Of a stretch of DNA of 64,000 nucleotides, positions 1 through 13,400 are shown piece after piece; position 1 is the first letter of the stretch; every line of letters starts with the position of its first letter. Where the stretch lies: assembly GCA_002633005.1 (NCBI GenBank), contig NMRA01000098.1, positions 557,435-621,434 on the forward strand. The letters run 5' to 3'. Origin of the DNA: Phoronis australis (Eukaryota > Animalia > Phoronida). The translations under genes and the position numbers were made by a program. The notes beneath the pieces were generated by a model. It was not told where the DNA came from. It did not search any database and saw only the letters and a program-made list of their open reading frames with translations.

Positions 1-828
1 TGACGACTTCGACAACTATGGCGCCTCCTAGTGGCAGTTTTGTGTTTTTTGCGCCCATGGCTGTTAATCTCCTGAACAGTTTGCAGGATCTTTACTAAAT
101 TTAGCAAGTGTATTTATATGGTTTTGACCATAAACGACGACAATTTTCGCACGGATATGACCGCCAGTGTCCCCCCTAGTGGCAATTTTAGTTTTTTATG
201 TTTACCTCTGTGTATTCAAAGGTCCTCAACGGAGTTTCATAAAATTTGGAATATAGGCATGTATTGTTGCGGTTACACTATCCTCTCATTTTCATATGAA
301 TTCGAGGTATTTTGTGCCACCTAGTCATGTTTACTGTTTTCGAGTCTGTTTTTTTGGCGTCCACCCCTCTATCAACCAAACCAATTTAAGGATGATTTTG
401 AAAATTGGCGTGTACACAGTGTGAGGAGGACGGTTACGCTGACAACTTCGGTTTCTGTGGCACCTCCTAGTGGTGGTTTTGTTTTGTTTTGCGGCCATAG
501 CTGTATCTCCTAAACCCACTGAGGGATCTTTATTAAATTTAGTAAATGTATTTATATGAAGCTAACAATAGACAGCGACTTAGAGGGGCACAGTGTCCTC
601 TAGTGGGAATTTCATTTTTTTTGCTTTCCTTTGTTTCTCTGAAGTTCGTTGACAGATTTTTATGAAATTTGGTGAATAGCGTTCTATTAAAGAAGCGATG
701 ACATGTACCGTTTTCAGATGGATTGGACGGTTTGCACCACCTAGCGGTCATTTTTATGAACAACGTTAGAAGCACTTCATTTGCAGTGCATTCGTGGGTG
801 CATTTCAAGGCTCTGTGTTGCTCTTGTT
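1..828 (+). mobile_element. Helentron-associated non-autonomous element (HINE/DINE-1-like), 3' part with ~140-bp core tandem repeats
   Basis: CCTAGTGG-type motif recurs about every 133-149 bp. The end gtgggtgcatttcaaggctctgtgttgctcttgtt matches the end of the 16196-17026 element. Confidence 0.7.
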
Positions 829-1102
829 ATAGTTTGATTAACGTATTATTCAAAGACGTATATTTTCACAAAAATAGAAACAGTGTATATTTGAAAATGA
901 ATGGCAGAATTTCACTCGAAGTCTTTGGCGTTGTAATTGTATACAGTGTGTGTGTGGTGTGATTGTGTACCTCTCCATTATTTAACCTAACAAGTATTTA
1001 GGTGTTTGATACATTGTTGCAGGAGTTTTTTCTGTATTACATGTTTGCATATCCAATAAAAACAATTAAAAGACTTTAAACTTGGTTAAAATCTCTTTCC
1101 AG

Positions 1103-1403
1103 GTGATCCATCTCGTGAGATCTCTCGGTGGACGCAATCTGACAATCTGTTCGTGGACGACATATTGCACTCCAGCCGAAAAGAAGCGATGTTCCCCTTG
1201 TCGGACAACCATCAGAAGCGAGACATCCAGTGGAGCCGCCCTTCAGGCTTAGTCATCAACGTGAAAATGACAGACATTAACCTGGTGCCTCAGTACGAGG
1301 ACGTCGACCATTACAGTGACAATCTGTACGTGAAGGAGGCTCTAAAGCGCTACCCAGAGCAATATCGTATCGCCTACAACGATTTATTGACTTCCTATTG
1401 TAG
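1103..1403 (+). CDS. Gene 1 internal exon (DPSREISRWTQSDNLF...AYNDLLTSYC)
   Basis: Acceptor tctctttccag, donor AG|gtgagc; open frame matches ORF 1153..1407; phase 1 to 2. Confidence 0.75.
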
Positions 1404-4400
1404 GTGAGCACTGTCTTGGTCTGTTTTTAGAGAACGCGGGGACATATTGAAATAAATTGTTTTATTTGGTGGTGATGTAGTGTGTGGTGGATGGGATTCA
1501 TCACCATCCACAGTTCCACTGTATTTGGGTGCAGATTTGAGAGTTGCATTTTATAAGGTTATCTAGGACCCTCGAACATCATATCTCACACATGTCTGAT
1601 TGTATTCACATGAAGCCTTCAGATACTGTGCTTGATACACTGTTCTCTGGAGTGCCGCTAGGAATTGTTTTGAAAATGTTTCACTTTGCCGTGAGGGGCT
1701 AACAAAAATGGGACTTTCGAATTTAATGAAAATGCTCAAAATTTGCATATGACGAAAATGTAGTGATTATTCAGACAATTGGAACAACATTTTTGAGATT
1801 TCATCTTGAATATTTGTGTCAAACAAAATTTGATCAAAAATTGTTATTGATATCAGTGTTTGCTATGAAGTTTGTTTCTGCCTAAATTTCAATAAAAACA
1901 CAGGATCAGTGACCCATTTAAGGTACATTATTATGATCTCAACATCAAATTCTACAGGCTTTCTAATTAAAGAAAATGTGTACTTTTAGTGAGTTAAATT
2001 TGGTTAACTTGTAGATGAGGTCCTACATAACCTTAAATTCTTGAGAACATCTTGTTTTTAAGTACCAGCGTGTGCAAAGAGCTATTCATTCTTGTAAAGT
2101 TTGCAAAGAGGACGATTTACCTCGGAATGTTTAACAGTGTAATGCTGGTTTTTTAAATTGATGCTGTCTCTGAAAGTATCACATTCATTAAAAAACAGAA
2201 AACATAAGAATATCTTGGATGTCAAGATGGGGGCCCCCGACCTCAGTTTCAAAGGGCAGTGATCGAAGTTAAGTGTTCCTTTCACTGATGGAGCATGGGT
2301 TTATAGCAGAAGCTTACCAAAGTGTCAGGTGTGACTTAAGCACATTCACAATCCCATATACTTGACATTAAGTTTGATGATTCTTGCCTTGCTAGGCACC
2401 CCATGCCGAAACACTACCGCATCAATTTGGAAGTTTATGAAAAGAGAACGTCTCAGATTAAGACGATCACGTGTAACGGGAATGACATGACTGGAGTCAA
2501 GTGTCCAGATTACTACACAAATGGTGACAAGTTCTCATACCGTTCTCTCAATGAAAAGTGCTCCCGCTCCGTAAGTATAATGAAGTCGCTTGTTTGGTGT
2601 ATTGTGCTTCATGCAGCAAGTCCAGCTATTAAAGTTGCTGTTAATTAAGGTTGAGATTGAGATACGGTTGGACCATGTGGATCTCGCTGTCGGAGGTCGC
2701 ACCAAGGCTGCTAGTGTGTCAAGTTCATGAGGTATGTGATTGCCAATAGCCAAAACTATGCCTTCTGCCCACCTAAACAATTACCAGTTTTTAGCAAAGT
2801 GCAAAGGTCACATATGGGTCAATTACTAGTGTTTCGACTTAAACAAGACTATTCTCGCTATATCAGCAATTTTTTCCTACTGAACTGACTTGACTTGGCA
2901 GCCTTCTCAGATCTCCATAACCTTATACTAGCGTGATTACTATGTTCTTTTTCAGGAATATAACTCGACTGTGAAGCCATGTCATGACATGTCTACAATA
3001 AACAATGTTTGTTTGTTCTCTAAGCACTGTACGTTAATTATGAGTAAGTCGGTGGATTTGACCGGAATATACCACTGGCTAATATCATCTTCAAGTGCCA
3101 CTGATATTTGAACATCTGTGTTGCTTTACCCGTTATCACTCCCCCGTGACTGTGATATCACATACCATGCGACATGACACCTGCACTGTAGTATCTCCCC
3201 GTCTGTTATGTGGTACAGCACTCGCTCCAGTCTTATTCCATTTGTTGTTCGATGCACGCGTTGTACAGTTGAACTACCCACTTCTAAAATTCATTAAAAA
3301 TTTTCACAAAGAATTTCAGCACAATTTAAGCCATATGTAGTTTCCTCGACAAATGCTTCTCTATCTGTGCTTTTTATTGGACTTGGGTACAAACTATCCT
3401 TGGTATCTATCTTTGTCCATCATACAAGTCATAGGTGAAACATCGGATACATCAGAAGCATAGCTAATTGATCACCTGAAATGGTTGTATGATCTTAAGC
3501 GCCCTCCAGCTGTTGAGGTAACAACTTCGCTTTCATGCAAATTTGATGGCGATGTGCTGTTCACAGCTCGCTATACCCAAGAAGGGTAGTAATGGTTTTG
3601 AAACCAGGTGGCAGCAGGGGTCATCGCTCTCTTGACCAGTTGATGTTGCTGAGTAACAGTCTCTCCTCTGACGATTGGCATACATGCATCCGCGTACTTC
3701 ATTTGCTCTCTAAATTTGGAACAAGATATTCTAACATTGCTCACTGAAAATGTGCAAAATGACAACAAAGTCAACTGGAACTGCTGTGTTAAAAAGCAAA
3801 ACTACTAAAATCTGAAACAGGTGAGTTGTCCAGAGAACGGAGAAATTTTCACTTGCAATTAAATAGGAAAGTAGAGTAAAAAGAAAAGCTTCGACAAATG
3901 CTATTTGATAAGTTTTGTTGGCCAGTGACAGTTAAGGTAATTTGTTTTACCAGTCTGGTAGTGGTTGGTATGGATGTGCTGTCAACATAGTTGGGAATTT
4001 TGCTCTTTCAGTATTCTTTCTGTGGGAAACTTTGCCTTCGCTCCACCCATTATATGGAAAAGAATCCCGGTTTTAGTTTTCTAAGTGAGCTAAATAAGAG
4101 AGCAAATGTAAATGTGCTGCTGCTGCTGGGTTACATATAGAATCTTAAAGGAGAATGCCACTCGATTTAATTAGTCTTTTTTACCTTCTTAATCGGTCTA
4201 TTTCCACATCACCTCAGATACGGTCGATCATACCTCGCCGAGAGGTGTCACATTAACCTGTGAGCAAAAAGATGAGAAACTACGCAGTGATGTCAGTGGT
4301 TCTTCTGCAGAGTGAGTGCCGCTATATGGTTTGGTATGTTGTTCCCTCTTGTGCAAACTTGAAGGTGCAAGGAAAGCGGGTTTAACATTTTTTCGATTTC

Positions 4401-7400
4401 CTCGAGGACTCGCAATGCTTCAGAAGTGGCTTGCAGCAGTGAAGAATGAAAAGTACACCATTAATACCAAGGCCGTAAAACATCTCCGTGTCTGTGGCCG
4501 GCATTTCGTCGACAATGATTTCACTGACAGTTGCTGGCTTACCAAACAGCTCATGCCAGGATAGAGAAAATGACTGAGGCTGAAGTCAGGTGCTGTGCCT
4601 AGCGTGTTTGTGTTCGGCAGGCAGGAGACAAAGAAATGCGGATGAGTTGTTGATCAGTTTTTGATTATGGAGAATTGTTGCTGGCCAGGAAAACATAAAC
4701 AATTGCAATTAATTCAAAGCATGAGAACATAACGTTTTATGTAACCTATTTGAGGACTTACTTGTCGTCAGGCTGACTGTTTGGTCCTCTGGGTGTAGCA
4801 TGTTTTTGCCAGCACTTTTTCCTAGCACACGTCTGTTTAGATGCAGTGCAAAAAATCAGGATGGTCCGTGAAACTCATCTGCGCTCAGTCTCCAAGAAGG
4901 CGTTACCCTTGCAGAATTTCATGGCAGCAAAGGCAAGCGTCTGAGTCATTTCCAATATTGTGCAGTTAGCGCACTGACGCCATGACAAGTCATTCAAACG
5001 GTTTTCAGAATTATCCATGTTCCATTGTCTGGGCACGTTCACGGTACCTCTCTAGTATTTATGGATAAGTGTATTCCGGTTCTAACTCATAGCCTGTGAA
5101 ACCCTTACGATCAACCTGGGAAGTCTTCGTCAGATGATCTCTCGTCTAAGTCAGATTGTGAGTTGACATGCTGACGTTTATTATTGTATGTTCTGTTTCA
5201 AAGTGAATTATTCTCACTCCAAATCAATGCTTATATAAAACTGAAACAAAGTTTTTCTCATGAGATACAATTTGAAATGCCTTTGGAGTGTTCGTGAGTG
5301 CAAATGTTTTGAGAAGCCAGCAATGAATAAATAACCGCGTTACCAGCTTTAGATGCAATAAAACTAATTGACGATTGTTCAAGAACTGAATGTATTTGTA
5401 AGGGTTTTACATCGAATTTTGATGACTTATTGATGTAAATCGATGAATTCAAGCGATAGCTGAGACCAGTAAACATGTAGTGAACTGCTGAACAGACTAC
5501 GTTTGAACCTGTGACGTCATTGGTTAATTTCAACACCTCTGTCTGCCGTCGGGTGTCAGGTAACAATAACTGTACTACTTGTTGTTATCTAGTGGAACTT
5601 CTCGATCGAAATTGATACAAAATAGGTTGTTTTTGGGTGGCATTCTCCTTTAATACCCACTATGTGAAAAAGAACCCTGGATTTAGTTTTCTAAATGAGC
5701 TGATGTGCTAAAGAGCAAAATGTGCTGCTGCCGCTGCTGCTGCTGCTGGGTTATGTACAGACTCTTAATACCCATATACACTGGAGTTCAGAGGCTTGTT
5801 CCTAGAAACTGACTTAAATTCAGTTTTTTGTTAAGTCTAAAATTTGTCTCAACTTCCAAACTTTGAAACTTCCACATCCAGTAAGTTAGTCAAAATTAAG
5901 ACAAAATTTAAGTCAAACTAAGATCACTTTCTTGGAATGGACTTGAAACAAGTTTATGTATCTTAAAATTGGCTGAAATTTAAGATTTGTCATAGCTAAG
6001 TCAGTTTTCTTGAAACGGCTTCAGAATCGATATACTTTGAATCGATTTAGCACGATCTTTTCCTGTATACGCTAAAGACTGAATTGGTTTAGGCGCTACG
6101 CCCTCTGCAGGAATAATCCCGTGCATGTGCCCTTCTCACCTTCTTATCAAAACATTCCTTTTATCAATGGCTAGTAACTGGATTCTTTTAATCGAATTTA
6201 CTTGAACTGTTTTTTTAAAGATTTCATTTTTTGGGGAATCCTACCATAGTGGTGTGTAACCAGGTTAAAGCAGAGAATATCAAACATGAATAATACAGAG
6301 AATCCTGTACAAAAGTAAGCACAGGAACTTAGATCTCCACATGCTCAAGTGTACATCACCTCTCCCATCTGAGTCAAATTGGTTTGATTGAGTTTTAAGT
6401 TATTTTGAAGTCACCTCTTCTAAACCACTTGCATTTGCACGCATTTTCTAACCAAAAGCTGATTTTAAATCGATTTAAAGTCTTCTAATGTAGATGGAGT
6501 ATTAAGTGTTCTTATGTGCTCTTTAACATAGATTATTTATGTCTGCCATTGTCTGCACTGACCGTTTCAGGACTTTTGGATTAAACAGGATAGTATGCCG
6601 ACCAAAGAGCCAGACATTGACAAGTCTTCAGTACGGTTGCTTAACTGTCCTTACCTATGCTGCGTTTCTTTGGAACGGTCTTTGTTGATTCTTTGAACCT
6701 GTGATACCTGTTTTTTTATTAAGGAACAAGGCAATTTGGAGCTTATGGTCTGGATTGCTATATCCATTGCTATTTTTAAACAGTTTAGTTGTTAAATGCT
6801 TTCACGTTGCAATTGTTTACCACATCTGTTTCAAAATATTTAAACAATATGTTACAAAATAACCATTGGATTTTATGATGTGTAAATTAAAGTTCTTTCC
6901 TTGAAGCACACTTTCTGTACTTTGTTGACTTTAGCAATGCATTTGATGCAGTTAGAGTGAGTTTGCAATGCGGAACATGGAATCCATGACTGTCAAGCAT
7001 CAAGTTACCTCTTGTTATGTTAGATGTGATCTATCCTAATGTAGCTTGCAAGCATGTTGTAGTTCCATGTGAAATATTTATCCTTGCCTTGTCTTTTGTG
7101 TCTGTATCCAGTGAACTAAAATTATTCATTTGATGTCCCGTACCTCAGTACTTTGGTCCTTTTTAAAATTACTTTTTTGAAGTTTGTTTTCTATGGGTGA
7201 TTTTTATCTTGATTTGTAAATTGTTTAATGTTTTTATTAGATTGTGACAATAACATTTTCAAAATTTTCTTTAAGCATTTTGAAAATTTGAATATTTTAA
7301 TGCATTTGATATCTTTTTTACGACTCTAAAAGATCAGTTTTGTTTTCACGCTTTCTTTTGCTTGTTTTTTCTTTTTTATGATTTGGTTGCTTTTCCTAAT

Positions 7401-10400
7401 TTCCTTCATTCATTTATTTGTTTGTTCGTTGTTTTCAGGATATATTGCTCTTGTACGGTGTCAAGGTATATAATTCTATTTAGGTATCCGTGCCTGGCGT
7501 TTGGTTGACATATGCATATTTTACCATGTAAATTAATGCTCGTGGGCATACCATATTAATTTCCCCAGCACTTACCCCTGCAGATCTTGTCGCCTGGCTT
7601 GCGTTTAATATAAAATTCATGTTGGCTTGAAGCGCTGCTAAACAACAAGGGTGCAATGAGTTTATGAGGTACGTTGACTGGGTACGTCTAGCTTCAAAGT
7701 TGTAATGGAAAAAATCATCAAAGGAATACACAGCATTCACAAGTCCCTGAAAGTTCAATTACGGGAGAACGATGAAAGTGTTTGTGACGTAGACTGCTCT
7801 TTCTTATTTGGATTTGTGTCTGAAGAACTCAGAGGTGGGCGTAAAAACATTGTCCCAAATATAAAGAAGATAATATCTCCTTCAATTAGTTGATTTGTGG
7901 TACTTTAAACATTTATAAATTATTTGGTACTCAAACTTCAATGCTAGCTTTTGCAGTCGCTACCAGAAATAAACCATTGCACGTCTGGTTGTTAGCTAGT
8001 GAGCTAGTTAACCCAAAGATGTGGGAATCTCTTGCTTAGAAAAATTGTAGACTGGCTTAGTGTTACATTTATTCTCATTTTTGATAAATCAGACTTAATT
8101 GTTGAGTGGTTTGGTCTCAACATTTACTAGAAATTATGTTGCTTTGCATTTTTTTATGATCAACAAAAATCTTGCTGCTACTGTTCTTCAGACATCTTGG
8201 TTGGCAGCCATATTGCGTTTACCCCATTTGACTCAATGTCCGTTGAAAGATATACGCACTTGGATTGAAGTTATGTGGAATAGAAATTTAGAATTGTTTT
8301 CTTTTGGTTATGAAAAATGAAATAGTAAGAATCTTTTTGTTTTGGGCCTGTATTCAAGGTACGTATTTTAATTGATAGGAATATTGTCAAGTAAAATTTA
8401 CCTCCAACAAAATTACAACTCTATCATGGTGCCACAATCACAAATGCCAGTGTACGTAATGTTTCTAAATATCTGACACGTGCATGGTTCCATATTTTCA
8501 AGGGCTCTATTTAGTCAGTAACAGGCCATGGGTAGTCGCAGTAAGCTTGTTGCAAACTGATGTGTTCTGTGTTACCTGATAACCGCATGTTGACCGCCGG
8601 GATTGATGTTTGTTGTCCCTAACCCCATCTGTTGGTGGGTTTGGTTGTTTTGTTGCTTGAACCTCGTCTCATGTTACCAGTGTTTGTCTGTCTCTATGCC
8701 TATGGACCTTTCATATAGAGTTGTTCCTGGAATCGTATGGTTTATGTAATGCAAAATGACCTTTTTGGAATGCCTGGACTTATGGTCGCAAAAATCAATT
8801 TATTATTTACTGGCAAGAAAATAGAACATTTTGGTGAGTTTAAGTAGTTTAGGGTAGATACTTTTCACGTTAGTACCACATGAAAGCTAGAGGTGTTATG
8901 TTTGTGCTATGGGAATGATTCGGCTTTAATGAAATAGAATGTTTCATTTTCAGAATAGTTGAACAAGCATAGATTACAATTTTGGTACATAGTGAGACAG
9001 ACGAGTGGACTTGTATATCAAGTTTTTAGTGGTCAAGCAAAATTTTAATGTTTTACTTCATTTTAGCATGGTTTGCTGGTAATAGTTATCAAAAAACAAA
9101 ACTTAATTAGTGATTTTTAGCTTTAAAAATGTCATTTTTTAAATACAGTTTTGGCCATTGTTTTGTGCAAAATTAAAAAAAACATGAATTGTAAGTTTAA
9201 CTACATAAATAATTTTACTTTGTTTTGCATAACATTTCATGAAAAATGTGTTGCCATAGCAACAAAGTCGATGACGATGATTAGAGATTGTGGTGTTGTA
9301 GTGCTGAGTGGTTTATGGAAAGTGATTAACAGAATGGTGGCTGTAGGATTTTGTGATGTTTAACATGTGATGGTGTATTTAACGTAGAATAATTACTGTA
9401 CCATGCTCTGCTGGGTTGATGTCTTTCACATCTGGTTTGAGACGTTAAAAAATTGAAGTGAGTAGAAGTGTGCTCCATGACCTGTTTTAACGAGTCACCA
9501 CGACCTGTTTTAACATGTCACTTTAATCTGGTTGCTAGCACAGTTGGGTGGCATTTGAATGACCCACTACCACTTTGGAAAAGAGATCATGTTTGTTAAC
9601 TAGGTCTTCACTGCTAATACAACTGACCAAAACCGAATGAATTACGCTGAGTAAGAAGGCATTAAAGTTAATGTGCCCATATAGGGGCCTCACTCACTGG
9701 GGTGAAAGGAGGATGTACCTTCCGAGAAAGAAATTTTTTGGTTGAGAGGAAAATCCTCAACCCATGATCACCACCACTCATCAGCAAAGCCTGAAGTAGC
9801 CAAATTGATATTTTGCGTAAATGATTCTAACCTTGGTATGAATTTTTTTATCATTGGAAGGGAATTTTTAGGTCGATGAGGGGAATTTTGTGTGATTTTT
9901 AAATATAGTGGCAATCACAGACCTAGGCCCTTTATAAGGATTATGAATTGGAGATGTGTAACCAATCATAGTATGTTTTAAAGGAAAATTTTGAAATTGG
10001 GGGTGGGGGTTTGGAGGCATCAATTGGGGGTGGGGGTTAGGAGGCATCAATTCGGATGAGTATGGTATTATGCTGACGTTGAACTGTGGTGTGCATGTTT
10101 CTAACCAGCAAATTCAAGGTTATTGGTAAATGGTTTTATTTCTCTTCTACACTCTAGCTGTCTGAATTTTGGTAATGGAAAATAATTCTCATTACTTTAT
10201 AGGCAGGAATGTTTGATTTAAAGGCAGCCCTTGTTTTTCACATCTTACTTAAAGTAAATTACCACCATTGGTCTGTTGGCAAACGTCTAGTACATGCAAC
10301 AGCTAGATTCAAGAAAAATGTTATTGAAGTGACTTTTGCTCATATTCAGCATGGAAGTCAACTGCTCTTTTATTTTTAGTCGGAAGAAACAACACTAGCG

Positions 10401-13400
10401 CAACTGAACAGTAGTACCAATAGCGTGCTATGCTTGAGCAAGTCTGCCATGTTGTCGGCCATCTTTAAACAAGAGGTGATGGAAGAGGAGCGAATTTCCT
10501 TCCCAGTCAGAAAGTGTCGAGGTGCCATTTGGAATTGTAATCAATGTCTGGTGCAGGCAGGCTGTTTAGGTAGGTCATAGGTCATGGGAAAAGAAATATT
10601 GGTGCTCGATTGGAGGAATGATATTTTGACAATGCAATTCATCGTAAGTGAATGAATCTGATACTAATTCTGTCTATTGTGCATACACCTATAAAATATA
10701 CCTGTAAGAGTAAAAGCTATGCCAAGAATGTGTCAATAAGAATCTTCGTTAGGGTAGGAATGATGCAAATCTACAACTTCTATACACAGTGTTGGTTTTC
10801 CCAGGGGAGTTTTAGGGATATGGTGTTCATAGCTAATGGGGCTAAGAATGAAAGGGTTTTGCATCTTTCTCCCACGAAAGCCGGTTTGAAAGCAAATAAT
10901 GTTGAAAACAAGCAGTTAAATATACACTTTGCAGTGAATTGGCACAGTTTGCCATTGACTGGAAATTGATGTTTTTGTCACCAGTCAAGGATTGCTTCTG
11001 GCCCGGTCTTCAAGTTTTGTAGTATGGTCTTTAAGTAGCCATATTTTGCTGAAATTGATGCAGTTGTGTTGTCCAATTATCCTTACCGTACTTTGTCAGC
11101 CCTTCGTAAAAAGTTTTAATGTAATTATTGCCATTTTAACTCATATAATAACATACTTCTCAGCAGTCTTGATTGCAGGACATCCTTTTTCTTCAAGCAC
11201 AAAATTCATTCAGTTTCAAAATTGTGGCATTTATGATTAGCAACACCTTAAGTGTTCCATCTTCAGGAAGTCAATGACTAATTACCACTAATATCCACTC
11301 TCCAAATCCCTTGCACAGAGCACAAGGCTTTGGCTTTCATCATTTTTATTTACCCCACCCCTAAGGTCGGTGTCGGCAACATTTGTTCGTAAAACTGTAT
11401 TTCCTGTGAGCCAGTAGGGCTTCGTTTTTGCACAGTACGTATGTCAGAAAGGGACGCATTGTTAAGTTTATAATTTTTGCAGTCATTTTATGTCCCCTAT
11501 ACATCAGCCTAAGAAGGAATGAATTCATAATCCATGTCAGCTCTTCGATTGTGGATTGCATTTTGGGCTTTGAGGGGGTAACTAGTCCTTAAAGTGCCTT
11601 AGAATTTTGGGGATGGTTGTAAATCATGGGTGTAATTCAAACACAGTAGGCCTTTTGAAATTGACATGCAAGGTCAGTGAAAGTAGTTCTTTGTGAACCT
11701 TGCTCTTAACCATGCATCTGTCTCAGTGGGACTGTGTAACTGTACACAGTGGGACTGTGTAACTGTACACAGCTTAACTATAGTCCTGGGGCCCTGTTCC
11801 AACAAACTGACTTAAGTTCATTTTTTACCTAAGCCTAAGATTTGTCTTAATTTCCAATCTTTGAAACTTCCGCATCCGGTAAGTTAATCAAAATTAAGAC
11901 AAATCTTTAATAAAAAAGTGATGTCGAATTTAAGACCTGACTTTCTTGGAAGGGACTAAAACAGATTGGAGTTTTATTTTAAAATCGACTTAAATTTAAG
12001 ATTTGTCTTAGCTAAGTCAACTTTCTTGGAATGGGCCCCTGGCTAAGAAGATGGTTGTTTTATTACCCCCCGTGGATTAGCAAATAGCCAAGCCCAGAAT
12101 GGTGGACAATAGGTCATTGCTGATCCAGTTTTGTTGTGGATTTTAATTGGGGATTTTGTGAACTGAAATCATATTTACATTTTTAAAATATCTTTACAAC
12201 TGTTTGTAGCTTGTACAGAATGTCCCGCTGGTGATGTTGTTGCTCTTGTTATGTTGCTCGATCATGACTCGGGTTATGCTTACCCTTGTAAAAGGTTCTT
12301 ATAATGAAACCTGCTCTGTTGGTATATATGATCGGCATGGGGCATGGTTGTGGTGAAAGATTGTCAGTTGAAATGGAAATATCGTTGCAATATGAGTTGG
12401 TTTTCGGAAATCCCAGTCTTGATGAATTCAGTAATGTGGTAATTCTATTTTGCACACCAATTCTTACTACCGATCAGAATTTTATTTGGTCAAATATCTG
12501 TAAAAAAATTAAACAGAAAGGCTATTTTACCATTTTATTAGCACAGTTCTTACTGAAATAGCATGAACTTCATATTTACAACTGGTTATGACCTTTTGAC
12601 CATTGAGCTCAATGTCAATCTCTCACCTCACTGCCATGAGCTCTGAGTTTGCTTCATTCCCACTTTTGGCATGTTGATTTCCAGATGATACGACTCGTAC
12701 CGGCTATTCAGGTACTGATACGCAATAGAAATTGAATTTTATTTTTGTTTTTATTTAATTTCCCAACTCTTGAGTGCACGTTTATTTCCTGTTATGATAT
12801 TATATTGTAAAAACCACAAGGTTTAAATTGTGTGAACCTCTCATTAATTTTTATTGTTTTTTTCTGATTTTGTCATTGGGTTTACCAGTCTATCGACTAA
12901 CTTGAATTACAGAACTGAGCGCTACCTGTCAGCTGAACGGCTACTTAACATCACCCGCCTTCAGTAACCAAGTAACCTTATGACCCCTCTTTGAACCCAA
13001 ATCAATAAAGGTCGCAGTTGTTTTCTACATGGTTGTATTTCTAAATTTCAAAAAACTGACCTTTTTCAATTTTAGACAATGCATTATTTTGATGGCCAGT
13101 GCGTCTTAGTTTATTATCCCAATCGTTGGTGAAAGCTTCACTTGTCAGCCACGGTTTCCATTCAGCTCATTTTAATTGTTTTCCTTATGCGGAAAATCTA
13201 CAGTTAAATTGCATATTCTGTAAGGGCAGGTAATTCGAGGAAAACATTTGTCTTTTTTCCGTGCAGGAAATTAGCTAGATTGAAATGTTTTTTGATGCGA
13301 TGTAACCATGGGCCTTGGTAAAGATGAAATGATTTGCCTGTTTTATTATACTTTTTTCAGAAGGCGACTCAAACTTCACCAAGTTTCACGTGTATAAGTG

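Noticed and set aside
3568-3826. Strong donor CAG|gtgagt at 3820/3821 as a gene 1 coding exon
   Set aside because: Stop codons in all three frames just upstream; at most a non-coding or poison exon
4316-4564. THAP ORFs (also 35529 and 48734) as host THAP transcription-factor genes
   Set aside because: All are disrupted and lie within TIR/TTAA-bounded or homologous transposon sequence
9994-10052. 27-bp G-rich tandem duplication; similar two-copy repeats at ~11725-11772 and ~23682-23745
   Set aside because: Only two adjacent copies with no spacers; ordinary slippage duplications, not CRISPR-like
10377-10466. Minus-strand YY1-like AAGATGGC motifs and a 28-aa signal-peptide-like ORF (MADNMADLLKHSTLLVLLFSCASVVSSD)
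   Set aside because: It stops immediately with no donor site and is explained as the antisense of the 10380-10569 coding exon
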